From Anaerolineales bacterium (GTDB lineage Bacteria; Chloroflexota; Anaerolineae; Anaerolineales; E44-bin32), in assembly GCA_004376895.1 (NCBI GenBank), contig SOIH01000164.1:817-64816 (forward strand): DNA of 64,000 nucleotides. The letters are read 5' to 3'. Position numbers and translations under genes: made by a program. The notes under the pieces were generated by a model. It did no database searches and had not been told where the DNA came from. It worked only from the letters and a program-made list of their open reading frames with translations. The stretch's first letter is position 1, and each line of letters begins with the position of its first letter. This document shows positions 36,592 to 46,870 of this stretch, in pieces.

Positions 36592-38481
36592 ATGCGTGTA
36601 GTTGGAACAGCAGGACATGTGGATCACGGTAAATCCTCTCTCGTTCAAGCGATAACTGGGATCAACCCAGACCGACTTGCGGAAGAACAGAGAAGGGAGA
36701 TGACTATTGACTTAGGATTCGCCTGGCTGACTTTGCCTGATGGTGAATCCGTTGGCATTGTCGATGTTCCAGGGCACCGCGATTTTATCGAGAACATGTT
36801 GGCGGGGGTGGGGGGGATCGATGCTGTTCTCTTTGTCGTTGCGGCAGACGAAGGAGTAATGCCGCAAACAAAGGAGCACCTAGCAATCTTGGACCTTTTA
36901 AATGTACAGCGGGGGATAATCGCGCTAACAAAGATCGACAGCGTTGATGATGAGTGGCTGAACTTGGTCGAAGAGGATGTATTGAAACTTGTAAGCGTCT
37001 CTTCTCTTAGGCAATCACCGGTTGTAAGGGTATCAGCAAAGACGGGAGAAGGTCTTGATGACTTGGTGGCGACGCTACAAAATACCTTGCAGGAAATTCC
37101 CCAGCGCAAGGATCGAGGGGTCCCGCGACTGCCCATCGATCGGATATTTACTATCGCTGGATTTGGGACCGTTGTGACGGGGACACTGCTCGACGGTGCC
37201 TTTGCGATTGGCGATGCCGTGGAGATCCACCCCGGCGGCTCTAAAGGGAGAATACGAGGCCTGCAGACGCATAAGGAAAAATTGGACCGCGCCATTCAAG
37301 GGAGCAGGGTCGCGGTGAATATTAGCGGAATCGAAGTGGATGATGTGGAGCGTGGAGAAGTTGTAATTAAGCCAGGCACTTACAAGTCAACTAGCATGAT
37401 AGATGTCTTCTTTCGATCGTTGGAAGATACGGATCATGTCATGCGTCATAATCAGGAAGTTAAGCTGTATGTAGGTGCTGCGCAGCGAATAGCAAAGGTC
37501 CGATTATTAGGGCGTAAGATGCTCCACCCGGGGGAAGAAGGTTGGCTACAGCTTCTTCTTTCGGACGCAGTCATCATCGTGCGCGGAGACCGATTTATCC
37601 TGCGGCGCCCTTCGCCCAGCTCAACATTGGGAGGCGGGATTGTAGCCGATGCTCATCCAAAAAGAAGGCATCGCCTAAAAGATCAAGTTGTAATTGACAA
37701 GCTAGAATCCTTTCTTAGAGGAACTCCCGCGACTCTTTTACAGCGAACGCTTGAAAGGGTCGGTCCAGTACCGCTATCTAAGGGCCTGAAAGAGGCTGGC
37801 CTCTCCGAGGATGAAGCTGAAGAAGCCATTCGGGAGTTAATCCAAAATAACGAATTGATTCCGTTCAATGACAGCGATTTGTCTGTGACGTCTTCTTCAT
37901 TGGTCATTGATAAAAAAACATGGCTTACGATAGGCGAACGGATCCGAAAAATATTAGGTGATTTCCATCAAGCGAATAAACTACGGATTGGGATGCCCAT
38001 TGAAGAAATGCGCAGCAAAATGGGAATGGAGACGAAGCTGGCAACTTTTCTGCTTGAGCAGGCTGCAAAAGAGGGGCATGTTGTAATCGTTCCGGGGCAT
38101 GTGTATTTGAAGGACCATACAGTTCAACTCAACGACCGTGAGAAAAAATCAGTGGATCAATTGCTAATGAAATTCGATTCTGATCCCTATGCTCCGCCAT
38201 CGAAAAAAGAAGCTACGCAGGAGATCGGAGAGGATCTCGTCCGATTCCTGCTTGAGAGCGGATCGCTGGTACAAGTATCAGAGAACGTTATTTTTAATTC
38301 GGATGCATATGAGGAGATGGTCGATAAGGTGAAGAGCGGCCTAAAGGAAAGCGGAACGATCACGGTCGCAGAGGTTCGTGACAAATTCCAAACATCAAGG
38401 AAATATGCGCTAGCTCTGATGGAACATCTTGATGCGATTGGATTAACAATACGTGAAGAAGATAAGCGGCGCTTAGTCTAA
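36592..38481 (+). CDS. selB: selenocysteine-specific translation elongation factor SelB
   Basis: VGTAGHVDHGKSSLVQAITGINPDRLAEEQRREMTIDLGFAW, DVPGH, TKID. 629 aa with a long winged-helix C-terminal extension ending ...ALALMEHLDAIGLT. Confidence 0.9.
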   Translation: MRVVGTAGHVDHGKSSLVQAITGINPDRLAEEQRREMTIDLGFAWLTLPDGESVGIVDVPGHRDFIENMLAGVGGIDAVLFVVAADEGVMPQTKEHLAILDLLNVQRGIIALTKIDSVDDEWLNLVEEDVLKLVSVSSLRQSPVVRVSAKTGEGLDDLVATLQNTLQEIPQRKDRGVPRLPIDRIFTIAGFGTVVTGTLLDGAFAIGDAVEIHPGGSKGRIRGLQTHKEKLDRAIQGSRVAVNISGIEVDDVERGEVVIKPGTYKSTSMIDVFFRSLEDTDHVMRHNQEVKLYVGAAQRIAKVRLLGRKMLHPGEEGWLQLLLSDAVIIVRGDRFILRRPSPSSTLGGGIVADAHPKRRHRLKDQVVIDKLESFLRGTPATLLQRTLERVGPVPLSKGLKEAGLSEDEAEEAIRELIQNNELIPFNDSDLSVTSSSLVIDKKTWLTIGERIRKILGDFHQANKLRIGMPIEEMRSKMGMETKLATFLLEQAAKEGHVVIVPGHVYLKDHTVQLNDREKKSVDQLLMKFDSDPYAPPSKKEATQEIGEDLVRFLLESGSLVQVSENVIFNSDAYEEMVDKVKSGLKESGTITVAEVRDKFQTSRKYALALMEHLDAIGLTIREEDKRRLV

Positions 38482-40068
38482 GAAGTGCCATTTGCCGTTA
38501 ACCATCACCCCCGATGGTTTTATCGCGGGCAATTCAGAATTGTCTAACAGGAAGGGGTCCTCATCTAGCACGATAAGGTCGGCGAGGTACCCAGGAAGAA
38601 GTCTACCAAGCTTAGATCCGAGCCCAACTGATTGTGCAGGCCAGACAGAGTAAGCATTGAAGGCCTCTTGAAGATTGATTCTTTGCTTGGGAACCCAGGG
38701 TAGTGCGTCTGCATCACCACCAAGTGGGCTGCGTGTGACTGCGGCATGAATCCCTAAAAAAGGATTTGCAGACTCAACAGGGGCATCTGAGCCGAATACC
38801 AGCATCGAGCCCGCATCTATTTGAGATCGCCAGCCATAGCTTTGTTGTACCCTATCGCCCCAATAGCGATCAGCCATTTGCATATCAGATGTTGCATGGA
38901 TGGGTTGCATCGATACGACGATGTCAAGATCTGCCGGTCTTTGGATATCCTCTTGCGAGATTAACTGGAGATGCTCGATTCGATGGGGAAGGGGTTTGAT
39001 GCGGTTCTTCGCTTCGAATGTTCGCAGCTCTTCAAATGCATCTAGCACTTCGCGGTTCGCTCGATCGCCGATAGCATGAATCGCAAGTGCGAGGCCATTC
39101 AGTGCTGCTCTCTTGCCAATTACTGTTATTTCTTCCGTATTTAAATGAAGGACTCCCGTATTGCTGGAATCGACTTCATAGGGGTTCAGCATCGCAGCTG
39201 TGCGCGGCCCTAAGGCGCCATCAGAAAATAACTTAACGGCACCGATACGGATCCATTCATCACCGAAACCGGTGCGCAAGCCGGCATCAATGCAACTTTC
39301 TAAATCATCAAAGCGGATTGATTTTACAACTCGAAGTTGCTGTAGTGAATCTTCTCTTAGTAATTGAAGCGCTTGAAGACACCTTTTACCGTCGAAATCA
39401 TGTATTGAAGTGATGCCTAAGCGGAGAAGTTCATCTTGTCCATGTAGCATTATTTGGGAGAGATTAGAAGGAGATGGTCTCGGGACGAGATCGGAGATGA
39501 GAAGCATGGCGAATTCGTACAGGATCCCTGTCAGGCTTCCGTCTTCTCGGCGTTGAAGCTTCCCTTTTGGCGGATCTGCTGAGTTTGCACTCAGTCCTGC
39601 CTGGTTGAGGGCGGCTGTATTGGCCCACGCCGCGTGGAGAGATTTCGCGGTGATGTATGCGGGATTACTGGCTGTGACCCGATCAAGCTCCTCTTTTGTG
39701 CCATATCGCCCCCACAAGTTTTGATCCCAGCCATGCCCTCGTATCCACTCGTCGGGTTCGAGCATCTCAGCTCTGCTCTGAATCCGTGCAAGACATTCGT
39801 CGATTGAACTTGTGCCACAGTCAATCTGTTCGTGGTTAAGCGAGAACTTCTCGAAGTGGATGTGGGCATCCGTTAAGCCGGGGAGAATTACTCGTCCTCC
39901 AAGGTCGATGCGCGAAAAGTTGGAGGGGATAGTTTGGCGCAGATGCTGTCTATCACCGAGTGCAAAGACATGGCAGCCTTGAATTGCCAGACTCTCGACT
40001 GGACCGGGAGGGTCTCCAAAAGTATAGATAATCGCGTTTTCGAGCAGCAGAGTCTCCTGGTTTAGCAT
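38473..40068 (-). CDS. amidohydrolase-3 (YtcJ-like) metal-dependent hydrolase
   Basis: PGLTDAHIHFEKF, AIHAIGDRA, IEHLQL, FGSDAPV metal-ligand motifs. 531 aa. Confidence 0.8.
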   Translation of the reverse strand: MLNQETLLLENAIIYTFGDPPGPVESLAIQGCHVFALGDRQHLRQTIPSNFSRIDLGGRVILPGLTDAHIHFEKFSLNHEQIDCGTSSIDECLARIQSRAEMLEPDEWIRGHGWDQNLWGRYGTKEELDRVTASNPAYITAKSLHAAWANTAALNQAGLSANSADPPKGKLQRREDGSLTGILYEFAMLLISDLVPRPSPSNLSQIMLHGQDELLRLGITSIHDFDGKRCLQALQLLREDSLQQLRVVKSIRFDDLESCIDAGLRTGFGDEWIRIGAVKLFSDGALGPRTAAMLNPYEVDSSNTGVLHLNTEEITVIGKRAALNGLALAIHAIGDRANREVLDAFEELRTFEAKNRIKPLPHRIEHLQLISQEDIQRPADLDIVVSMQPIHATSDMQMADRYWGDRVQQSYGWRSQIDAGSMLVFGSDAPVESANPFLGIHAAVTRSPLGGDADALPWVPKQRINLQEAFNAYSVWPAQSVGLGSKLGRLLPGYLADLIVLDEDPFLLDNSELPAIKPSGVMVNGKWHFLD

Positions 40069-40072
40069 ATGT

Positions 40073-40705
40073 TCATCCAGATCTTTTCGAGAGATGACTG
40101 GTTACATTCAGATGGAGCAACCTCCAATGAGCCTCATCAGCGTCGAATTCTAAAACCGCATAGCCCGAGTTATCAAAGCCAATCCGAATTGGCCGATTTC
40201 TTCCTGACGATGGCGGAACACCAAGGACAGTATGAATTGCCGCTCCCAGTATCGCTCCATGACTGACGACCAAGTATGCCCCAGCTGGGCGTCGAATAAG
40301 AAGTTGCATCGCATTTGCTGCTCGGATAAACAGATCCCATCTGCTTTCGCCGGTTTCGAACATCGGGTCATAAGGCGTATCATGGGGTTGATCTGCATAC
40401 TGGAGCTTAACGTCAGAATACGGTCTACCCTCAGCTTTCCCTTGATGCCGCTCACACCAAGAATCATCAAACTCAATTGGCATGTTCATGCCTGACGAAA
40501 TTATTTCGGCGGTTTGTTTTGCTCGCAGCAAGGGGCTGGCAACGATCACGTCAAAACAGACGTCATGCTCTTTCCAGTAGCGCAATAACGAATGTGTTTG
40601 TTTAGAGCCCTCATCTGATAATGGATAGTCCATTTGACCCTGGATAATCCCTTTTTGATTGCCAACGGAAAGACCGTGGCGAAGAAGTGTTATCTTGTGA
40701 ACCAT
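40073..40705 (-). CDS. histidine phosphatase (phosphoglycerate-mutase-like) family protein
   Basis: ITLLRHGLSVGN (RHG motif) and VVSHGAILG. Confidence 0.85.
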   Translation of the reverse strand: MVHKITLLRHGLSVGNQKGIIQGQMDYPLSDEGSKQTHSLLRYWKEHDVCFDVIVASPLLRAKQTAEIISSGMNMPIEFDDSWCERHQGKAEGRPYSDVKLQYADQPHDTPYDPMFETGESRWDLFIRAANAMQLLIRRPAGAYLVVSHGAILGAAIHTVLGVPPSSGRNRPIRIGFDNSGYAVLEFDADEAHWRLLHLNVTSHLSKRSG

Positions 40706-40764
40706 TCAGACGCCATCCTTGAGGATCCAACCAACGAATTATCGAATTTTCAAACAGATGTCAA

Positions 40765-41991
40765 TCATCTAAGGGCTTCGTAGACAGCACAATTAGCGGT
40801 CGCGAGGTCGATGCCTTGACGGCTGCCCTCGAGTGACCGATCTGAACCTGCCAGAAGACCACCGGCAGCGAAGAGATTATTGAACATTGGTTTCTCGTCA
40901 AGCCCAAGTGGCTGCATGCGGGCATTAACACAAATTCCAGTACCTGCATATGCCTGTCGATGGAAAAGTGACAATCCAACCCAATCTGAACGATTAGTCG
41001 GATAGCGCACTGGGAGGTCGAAGACAGATTCGCGTATGCGATGATCCTGCTGGGCGACCAATCCTCCACTCAAAATACCTCCCGTCGCCAACAGGACAAC
41101 ATCTGCGTCGAGTTGAATCGTTCGACCAGTAGAATGCAGGACGACTCCGGCGACGCGTTTTCCCCGGCTACGACCGTCTATGCGGCCAATCACACCGGCG
41201 CCCTCAATAATTTTCACACCGAGGACCTGGGCTTGCCGGAGGAGGATGCGCTCGATTCGAAGTCCGGGTACCGATGGAGGCAGCGAAGGAATCTCAAAGA
41301 TATCAATGCCTAGCGAATCCTCAAGTTCTTCAAGTATCTGGCAATGGTTTTGAAACCCGAGAACAGCTGGAAGCCCGAGACGTTTGACGCCAGGAAGGAG
41401 TGGCCTCCACATGCGAATAATTTCCTCACGCCATCTGGAATCTTCAAAAAGAAGCGCGTAATCCGTGGAATAAGCGTCTCGACGATTAGGCGGTTCGAGC
41501 AACGGCAAATCTATGAATTTCGTAATCTTGACACCGACTTTGCGCGCTTGTTTTTGAATTATGTAGGGATAAAAATCCCGAAAGCCGAGGAATTTTCCCA
41601 AAACGATAGACCCACCTGAGTCGAGATCGCCCCTGGCGATGCCGGAAGGGGCAAAACATGTTCGTTTAATGGTGCCGAGTGCAGTAAGAATCGACATACT
41701 CTTCGAGAGCTTTCCAGTAAATGGATATCCGGCATGTTGCATCAGATCTCGAAATTTGGAAATTGCATCCTTAAGATGTGCTTTACCGGCGAGTTTGTAC
41801 GGGTGATGATCTGGAAGGAGCGAAAGAGCTCTGGATGGTGCACTTCTATCCATAACATCGATGCAGCCATGAGATAGAGATAATCCGCCGTGACCTTTCA
41901 TGGCAATCGTGACCCTGGCTCCTTGATCGGCGGCGACTATAGCCGCATATACCCCTGTGAGACCACCGCCAATGACAAGGATATCTGTCAC
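40765..41991 (-). CDS. glpB: anaerobic glycerol-3-phosphate dehydrogenase subunit B
   Basis: MTDILVIGGGLTGVYAAI...GHGGLSLSHGCIDVM parallels the GlpB N-terminus. 4-nt overlap with glpA. Confidence 0.8.
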   Translation of the reverse strand: MTDILVIGGGLTGVYAAIVAADQGARVTIAMKGHGGLSLSHGCIDVMDRSAPSRALSLLPDHHPYKLAGKAHLKDAISKFRDLMQHAGYPFTGKLSKSMSILTALGTIKRTCFAPSGIARGDLDSGGSIVLGKFLGFRDFYPYIIQKQARKVGVKITKFIDLPLLEPPNRRDAYSTDYALLFEDSRWREEIIRMWRPLLPGVKRLGLPAVLGFQNHCQILEELEDSLGIDIFEIPSLPPSVPGLRIERILLRQAQVLGVKIIEGAGVIGRIDGRSRGKRVAGVVLHSTGRTIQLDADVVLLATGGILSGGLVAQQDHRIRESVFDLPVRYPTNRSDWVGLSLFHRQAYAGTGICVNARMQPLGLDEKPMFNNLFAAGGLLAGSDRSLEGSRQGIDLATANCAVYEALR

Positions 41992-43553
41992 GAGCGTTCC
42001 TTCGATTCTTGGCCGGCTGCGAGCAAGTCGAGGTAAATACGGCGCGAGAACTCCATTTGTTGGAGCGTGCTCCCCCAGGCTAATGGTCGGATTCCCTTCC
42101 AGCGCTCATATAGAAAGTCACGGAGCCCTTTTAATGACGGGGATGTCGAGGAGAATTCTGAAGAAATCGCGAACGTGCGGTAAGCGCAAAAGCCAGCCTG
42201 GCAGGGTCCCATTCCTATTCGCAGATCGCGTCTGAGATCATCAAGATCGGGGACGGTGACAGCTTTTCTAAGAGCGAGCTCAAGATCGCTGCGCATGACG
42301 AGTTCACACTCGCAAACAACCTGATCGGCGCTGGCGTGAGGATCCTGACGTTCGAGCTTCTCCAAACGGGAGGGCAAGCTATAGAAAGGCACTCTCTCAT
42401 GCGGAAGGGGTGTTGATGCAGTGGAGCACTTCTGATCGATCTCGAGCTTATCGCATATAAGATCAACCGTTTCCTCTGCAATCAATCTAAAAGTCGTAAG
42501 CTTGCCACCGATCACACTGATAAAACATTGAAGGCCATCGGTTTCCTCGTGGTCTAGGATCACATGCGCACGAAGGAGGCCGCGAGTTTGTGCGTGACCG
42601 TCCGCGGCCGGTTGGTAAAGCGGGCGAATCCCAGCCCAGGTTCGAAGCGGCCTGCTATTTCGTAATCCCGGCAGGAGAAGATCCCCTTCCGCGAGCAAGA
42701 GGTCCACTTCCCAGGGCTCAATATCCAAGGAAGTGGGTTCTTTAACAGGAACATCCGTGGTCCCGAGGATTGAAACTGTGCCTACTGGTACGACAATGTC
42801 GCCGTCTGATGGCGGCTTACACCGGTTAACGACGGTGTTGACAAGGCGGTGGGACATGGCGACAAGTGTCCCTTTGCCGAGGGCAAGGGGCAATTCAATT
42901 CTCGCCATAGTTGCAATGGTTTTTGCCCACGGACCCGTAGCATTGATGAAGAGGCTGGCGGATAGTCTTAGACTTTTACCGGTAGATAAATCCCTAATCT
43001 TAGCTGCAACCAAACGATCTTGATGTCTGATAAAGCTTTCTAGCCGGTGCCGTAGGAGTACAACACCGCCATGCTCCTGTATGCCTTTAACCAACGCGTG
43101 TGCTAGGTCGAAGGAGTCGATAGAAGCATCTTGAACGCGAAAGGATCGAGAAATCCTAGGATTGAGCAATGGCTCTCGTTCAAGCATTGCTGAGAGCGAA
43201 ATCTCCTCTGCCGGAATGTTTAATTGGGAGCATGCACTAAGCCACCGGTCCGGATAATCAACTGGGTCAGCAGGAGTTGCTACAAAGAGACCGCCAGTAT
43301 CTTCAATTGTGTGGGATGCAATCTGTCTGAGGATTATATTTTCTGAGGCGCAATCTCGTGCGGAAACTGGATCAGAAAGAGCATAACGACCTCCAGAGTG
43401 CAGTAGACCATGGTGGCGCCCTGAGGTTCCCTGACCGATATCGGATTGTTCGATGAGTACTACCTTGAGGCCTCGCAGGGCGGCATCCCATGCAATACCG
43501 AGACCTGTGGCTCCACCGCCGATGACAAGAACTTGTGTGGAAAGAGATGACAT
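41988..43553 (-). CDS. glpA: anaerobic glycerol-3-phosphate dehydrogenase subunit A
   Basis: VLVIGGGATGLGIAWDAALRGLKVVLIEQSDIGQGTSGRHHGLLHSGGRY. C-terminal BFD-like CECELV...CQAGFC. Confidence 0.9.
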   Translation of the reverse strand: MSSLSTQVLVIGGGATGLGIAWDAALRGLKVVLIEQSDIGQGTSGRHHGLLHSGGRYALSDPVSARDCASENIILRQIASHTIEDTGGLFVATPADPVDYPDRWLSACSQLNIPAEEISLSAMLEREPLLNPRISRSFRVQDASIDSFDLAHALVKGIQEHGGVVLLRHRLESFIRHQDRLVAAKIRDLSTGKSLRLSASLFINATGPWAKTIATMARIELPLALGKGTLVAMSHRLVNTVVNRCKPPSDGDIVVPVGTVSILGTTDVPVKEPTSLDIEPWEVDLLLAEGDLLLPGLRNSRPLRTWAGIRPLYQPAADGHAQTRGLLRAHVILDHEETDGLQCFISVIGGKLTTFRLIAEETVDLICDKLEIDQKCSTASTPLPHERVPFYSLPSRLEKLERQDPHASADQVVCECELVMRSDLELALRKAVTVPDLDDLRRDLRIGMGPCQAGFCAYRTFAISSEFSSTSPSLKGLRDFLYERWKGIRPLAWGSTLQQMEFSRRIYLDLLAAGQESKERS

Positions 43554-43624
43554 GACTCGGTCATTTTCTCACAGAACAGGTGCTTGTCAACGCGCACAGG
43601 AACAAATTAGATGTTAGAGGGAAA

Positions 43625-44071
43625 TTAATCGGAGAGAGGTCGAATGAATTCGAGCTGTGTTGAACTTCCTTCATAGCCTAAGGCGACGAAGAATGCGTGC
43701 GCGCCCGTTCGAACAACGTCTGTTCGCAGGAGAAGGCGTGATCTGCCAGATTGTCGCGCCCAAGTCTCGGCGGCTGCTATAAGTCGGCTTCCGATACCTT
43801 CTCGTCTCCGATCCTCACGAACGATGACGGATACGACGACTGCTGTCTCTGCATCGACAAGATCATGCGCAATACGTAGATGCGCATAGCCATAAAGGTA
43901 TTCTCCTTCTACAGCTAGCAGAAGTCGATCCTCGTCATGGAGATTATCAATCCTGCATTGAACTTCTTCTAAACTGATTTCGACTTCTGCGGATTTGAGC
44001 AGTCCAACAAGTTGATGAAGAAAGATTTCAGGGGGATGACGTGTACGAAGGAGTTGGAGTTCCATTGTCAT
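43625..44071 (-). CDS. GNAT-family N-acetyltransferase
   Basis: REDRRREGIGSRLIAAAETWARQSG (R/QxxGxG/A motif) ... FFVALGYE. Confidence 0.85.
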   Translation of the reverse strand: MTMELQLLRTRHPPEIFLHQLVGLLKSAEVEISLEEVQCRIDNLHDEDRLLLAVEGEYLYGYAHLRIAHDLVDAETAVVVSVIVREDRRREGIGSRLIAAAETWARQSGRSRLLLRTDVVRTGAHAFFVALGYEGSSTQLEFIRPLSD

Positions 44072-45006
44072 ACCCGGTTGTCGAGAAGGTTGGTGTTTAA
44101 AATCCCTCCCGCGCCTCGCAAGAAATCCTCCGCAAGCATCTCGGTTTTTCCAGCTGGCTGGACGATCTGCAGGAGGAGGATGCCCGGGTTGGCGCCGATA
44201 GCTGGATTCTTGTCGATTTTGCCCACAGTTCCAGGCGCTAAAGTGTCATCGGCAAGTGCATCAGCTTTGTGGATACAAATACGCCGTTTTCCCCATTCGA
44301 TAAATGACGTAGGCCAAGGTTCATAAGCACGTACTTGGCGCTCAAGTTCAATTGCGGATCGCATAAAATCTAGTCGGCCATCAGATTTCTTTAACAACGG
44401 TGCATACGTTGCCATTTTTTCGTCTTGTTCGTTTGGACGGAGTTCTCCCGATAGATATTCCGGGATGGTTTCAATAAGAAGCCCTGCACCTAGTATTGCA
44501 AGGCGCTCTGAAAGTTCACCTCCTGTATCTGATGAATGGATTACGATAGAACGTTGAGAAAGGATTGGGCCAGTATCAAGACCGGGATCTATTTTCATAA
44601 TTGTCACGCCCGTTTCCTGATCTCCAGCGCGGATTGTCGCTTGAATTGGGGCTGCACCACGCCAGCGAGGTAAAAGAGAAGCGTGGACATTAATGGAGCC
44701 AAATTTTGGGAGTCCAAGAACATTTGGGGGCAGGATCAAGCCGTAAGCGGCTACGACAATAAGATCGGGATCAAGGGCACGAATAGTTGAAATAATTTCA
44801 GGCGATTTCAAAGATGATGGCTGATAGATACTCAACCCCAATTTATTGCTGAGCAACTTAACGGGTGAAGCTCTTAGTTTTCGTCCCCGACCTGCAGGTC
44901 GATCAGGTTGAGTAAATACACCTAAGATATCAATATCATGCTCTTCAGACAGAGCATCTAGAGAAGGGATTGCGAATTCGGGTGAGCCCATAAATAGGAC
45001 GTTCAT
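44068..45006 (-). CDS. fmt: methionyl-tRNA formyltransferase
   Basis: MNVLFMGSPEFAIPSL..., INVHASLLPRWRGAAPIQ (SLLP motif). ATG at 45006. Confidence 0.95.
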   Translation of the reverse strand: MNVLFMGSPEFAIPSLDALSEEHDIDILGVFTQPDRPAGRGRKLRASPVKLLSNKLGLSIYQPSSLKSPEIISTIRALDPDLIVVAAYGLILPPNVLGLPKFGSINVHASLLPRWRGAAPIQATIRAGDQETGVTIMKIDPGLDTGPILSQRSIVIHSSDTGGELSERLAILGAGLLIETIPEYLSGELRPNEQDEKMATYAPLLKKSDGRLDFMRSAIELERQVRAYEPWPTSFIEWGKRRICIHKADALADDTLAPGTVGKIDKNPAIGANPGILLLQIVQPAGKTEMLAEDFLRGAGGILNTNLLDNRV

Positions 45007-45167
45007 GTGGACATCGTAGCACATCCCATGTTTTTACGAAAAGGTGAGCACATATACGCTGCCAATCGCAAATAGTCATGTACAAATAAGAATCTTATAG
45101 TAAGGTACACTTTGAACGTAAACACGGAGCTTCATAGTCAATCACGAATATAAGGCGTAGGATTAAT

Positions 45168-46859
45168 ATGAAATGGGTCATCCCCAAACACCCTCCTGAT
45201 GAAGTAATTAAATCCCTACGATTATTCAGCAGGATCGAACAGCAGATACTTTTTAATCGTGGATACCGGACAGAAGCTAGCGTTAGTTCTTTCCTGGATC
45301 CGGATGTGTCTATTGAAGCCGATCCCTATTTAATTATGGAGATGAAAGAAGCGATTAAAAGGATCAACCTCGCGCTAAAAGATAGCCAGGAGATCGTTAT
45401 CTATGGTGACTATGATGCAGATGGGGTCACTGCAGCTGCTTTGTTGGCCGAGGCTCTGAGGGCAGTTGGGGCACACGTTAACGTCTACTTCCCAGACCGG
45501 TTTGAAGAGGGATATGGGCTCAACCATCAAGCGGTAGAACGTATCGCTGTGTCGAATGCTAGCCTCTTGATCACCGTGGATTGCGGCGTACGAGCGATTG
45601 ATGAAGTGGCGCATGCAACTGAACTGGGGCTTGATGTAATCATCACCGATCATCATCTTCAAGGGGGGGCACTACCAGAAGCGCTCGCTGTACTCAACCC
45701 GCATCGATCAGACACAAAATATCCAAATGAAGGTTTAGCAGGTGTGGGAGTCGCATATAAACTAGCACAGGCGATTTTCAGAGAAAAGGGGCTACCTACT
45801 TCGGAAGAGAAAGCGCTTCTCGATTTTGTTGCAATTGGGACAATTGCAGATATGGTTCCATTGACTGGAGAGAATCGCGCTCTTGTCAAGTTGGGTTTGG
45901 AAGTTATTAACACATCGCCACGAATCGGGCTAAAAGCCCTGATGAATGTCTCGGGCTACCGGGAAGGGGGAATTGATTCAACCGCAATCGGCTTTGGGTT
46001 GGGGCCCAGGTTGAATGCGGCAGGAAGAGTTCAATCAGCGCTCACTGCATATAAGTTGCTTGTCGAACAAGACCCACAGACAGCAGGTGATCTTGCAAAG
46101 GAGCTCGAGCATTTAAACAAAAAGAGGAAACAGCTAACTCTAGATGTAGTCGAACGAGCGATAGAAACCTTTAAGCGCAGGGATATTGAACCACTGCTGA
46201 TGGTTGCAGAAGCAGATTTTCATGAAGGCGTTGTTGGCCTGGCCGCGTCAAGAATCTGCGATGAATATTATCGGCCGGCTATCGTTGGCAAAATAGGCGA
46301 GAGTCATACGCGTGCGTCTGCAAGGAGCATCCCTGGTTTTAATATAACGGCTGCCCTGGAGAAGTGCTCTGATCTTCTTGAGCGATTTGGGGGGCATGAA
46401 GCAGCAGCTGGTTTCAGCGTTCGAAATGAACATCTTCATGTTCTTCAGAGTCGCCTGGTGTCCATTGCCAAGGAGGAAATGGGCGATGAGGAATTAATAC
46501 CTTCCCTAGCGATTGATTCAAAAGCGGAATTCAGCGAACTGGGGGATAAGACAATGCAATTTATTGATCAATTACAACCGTGTGGACAAGGAAATGATTG
46601 GCCAATATTCTGTACCGAGCAAGTACAAGTAATGGATAGGCGGGCAGTTGGATCGGATCAATCGCACCTGAAGATGACATTGCGGAAATCATCAATACCA
46701 TTCGATGCAATAGCATTTCGAATGGGGGGGATTATTAAACGGCTTCCGGAATTTATCGATATTGCCTATCGATTGGAGAGGAATACCTACCTTGGCTATG
46801 AGTCACTACAGCTGAACGTTGTTGACATTCAATTTCCCAAAGGCGATGATCTCCTTTAG
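45168..46859 (+). CDS. recJ: single-stranded-DNA-specific exonuclease RecJ
   Basis: DHH motifs (IYGDYDADGVT, TVDCG, ITDHH) and DHHA1 (GGHEAAAGFS). Confidence 0.95.
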   Translation: MKWVIPKHPPDEVIKSLRLFSRIEQQILFNRGYRTEASVSSFLDPDVSIEADPYLIMEMKEAIKRINLALKDSQEIVIYGDYDADGVTAAALLAEALRAVGAHVNVYFPDRFEEGYGLNHQAVERIAVSNASLLITVDCGVRAIDEVAHATELGLDVIITDHHLQGGALPEALAVLNPHRSDTKYPNEGLAGVGVAYKLAQAIFREKGLPTSEEKALLDFVAIGTIADMVPLTGENRALVKLGLEVINTSPRIGLKALMNVSGYREGGIDSTAIGFGLGPRLNAAGRVQSALTAYKLLVEQDPQTAGDLAKELEHLNKKRKQLTLDVVERAIETFKRRDIEPLLMVAEADFHEGVVGLAASRICDEYYRPAIVGKIGESHTRASARSIPGFNITAALEKCSDLLERFGGHEAAAGFSVRNEHLHVLQSRLVSIAKEEMGDEELIPSLAIDSKAEFSELGDKTMQFIDQLQPCGQGNDWPIFCTEQVQVMDRRAVGSDQSHLKMTLRKSSIPFDAIAFRMGGIIKRLPEFIDIAYRLERNTYLGYESLQLNVVDIQFPKGDDLL

Positions 46860-46870
46860 GGAAAAGGATG

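Noticed and set aside
36592-38481. An in-window selenoprotein gene, looked for as two same-frame ORFs separated by TGA near selB or in the CCG-domain gene.
   Set aside because: No adjacent ORF pair in the track shares a frame across a single TGA with continuous homology. The CCG motifs at 63142-64000 both have Cys, not a stop.
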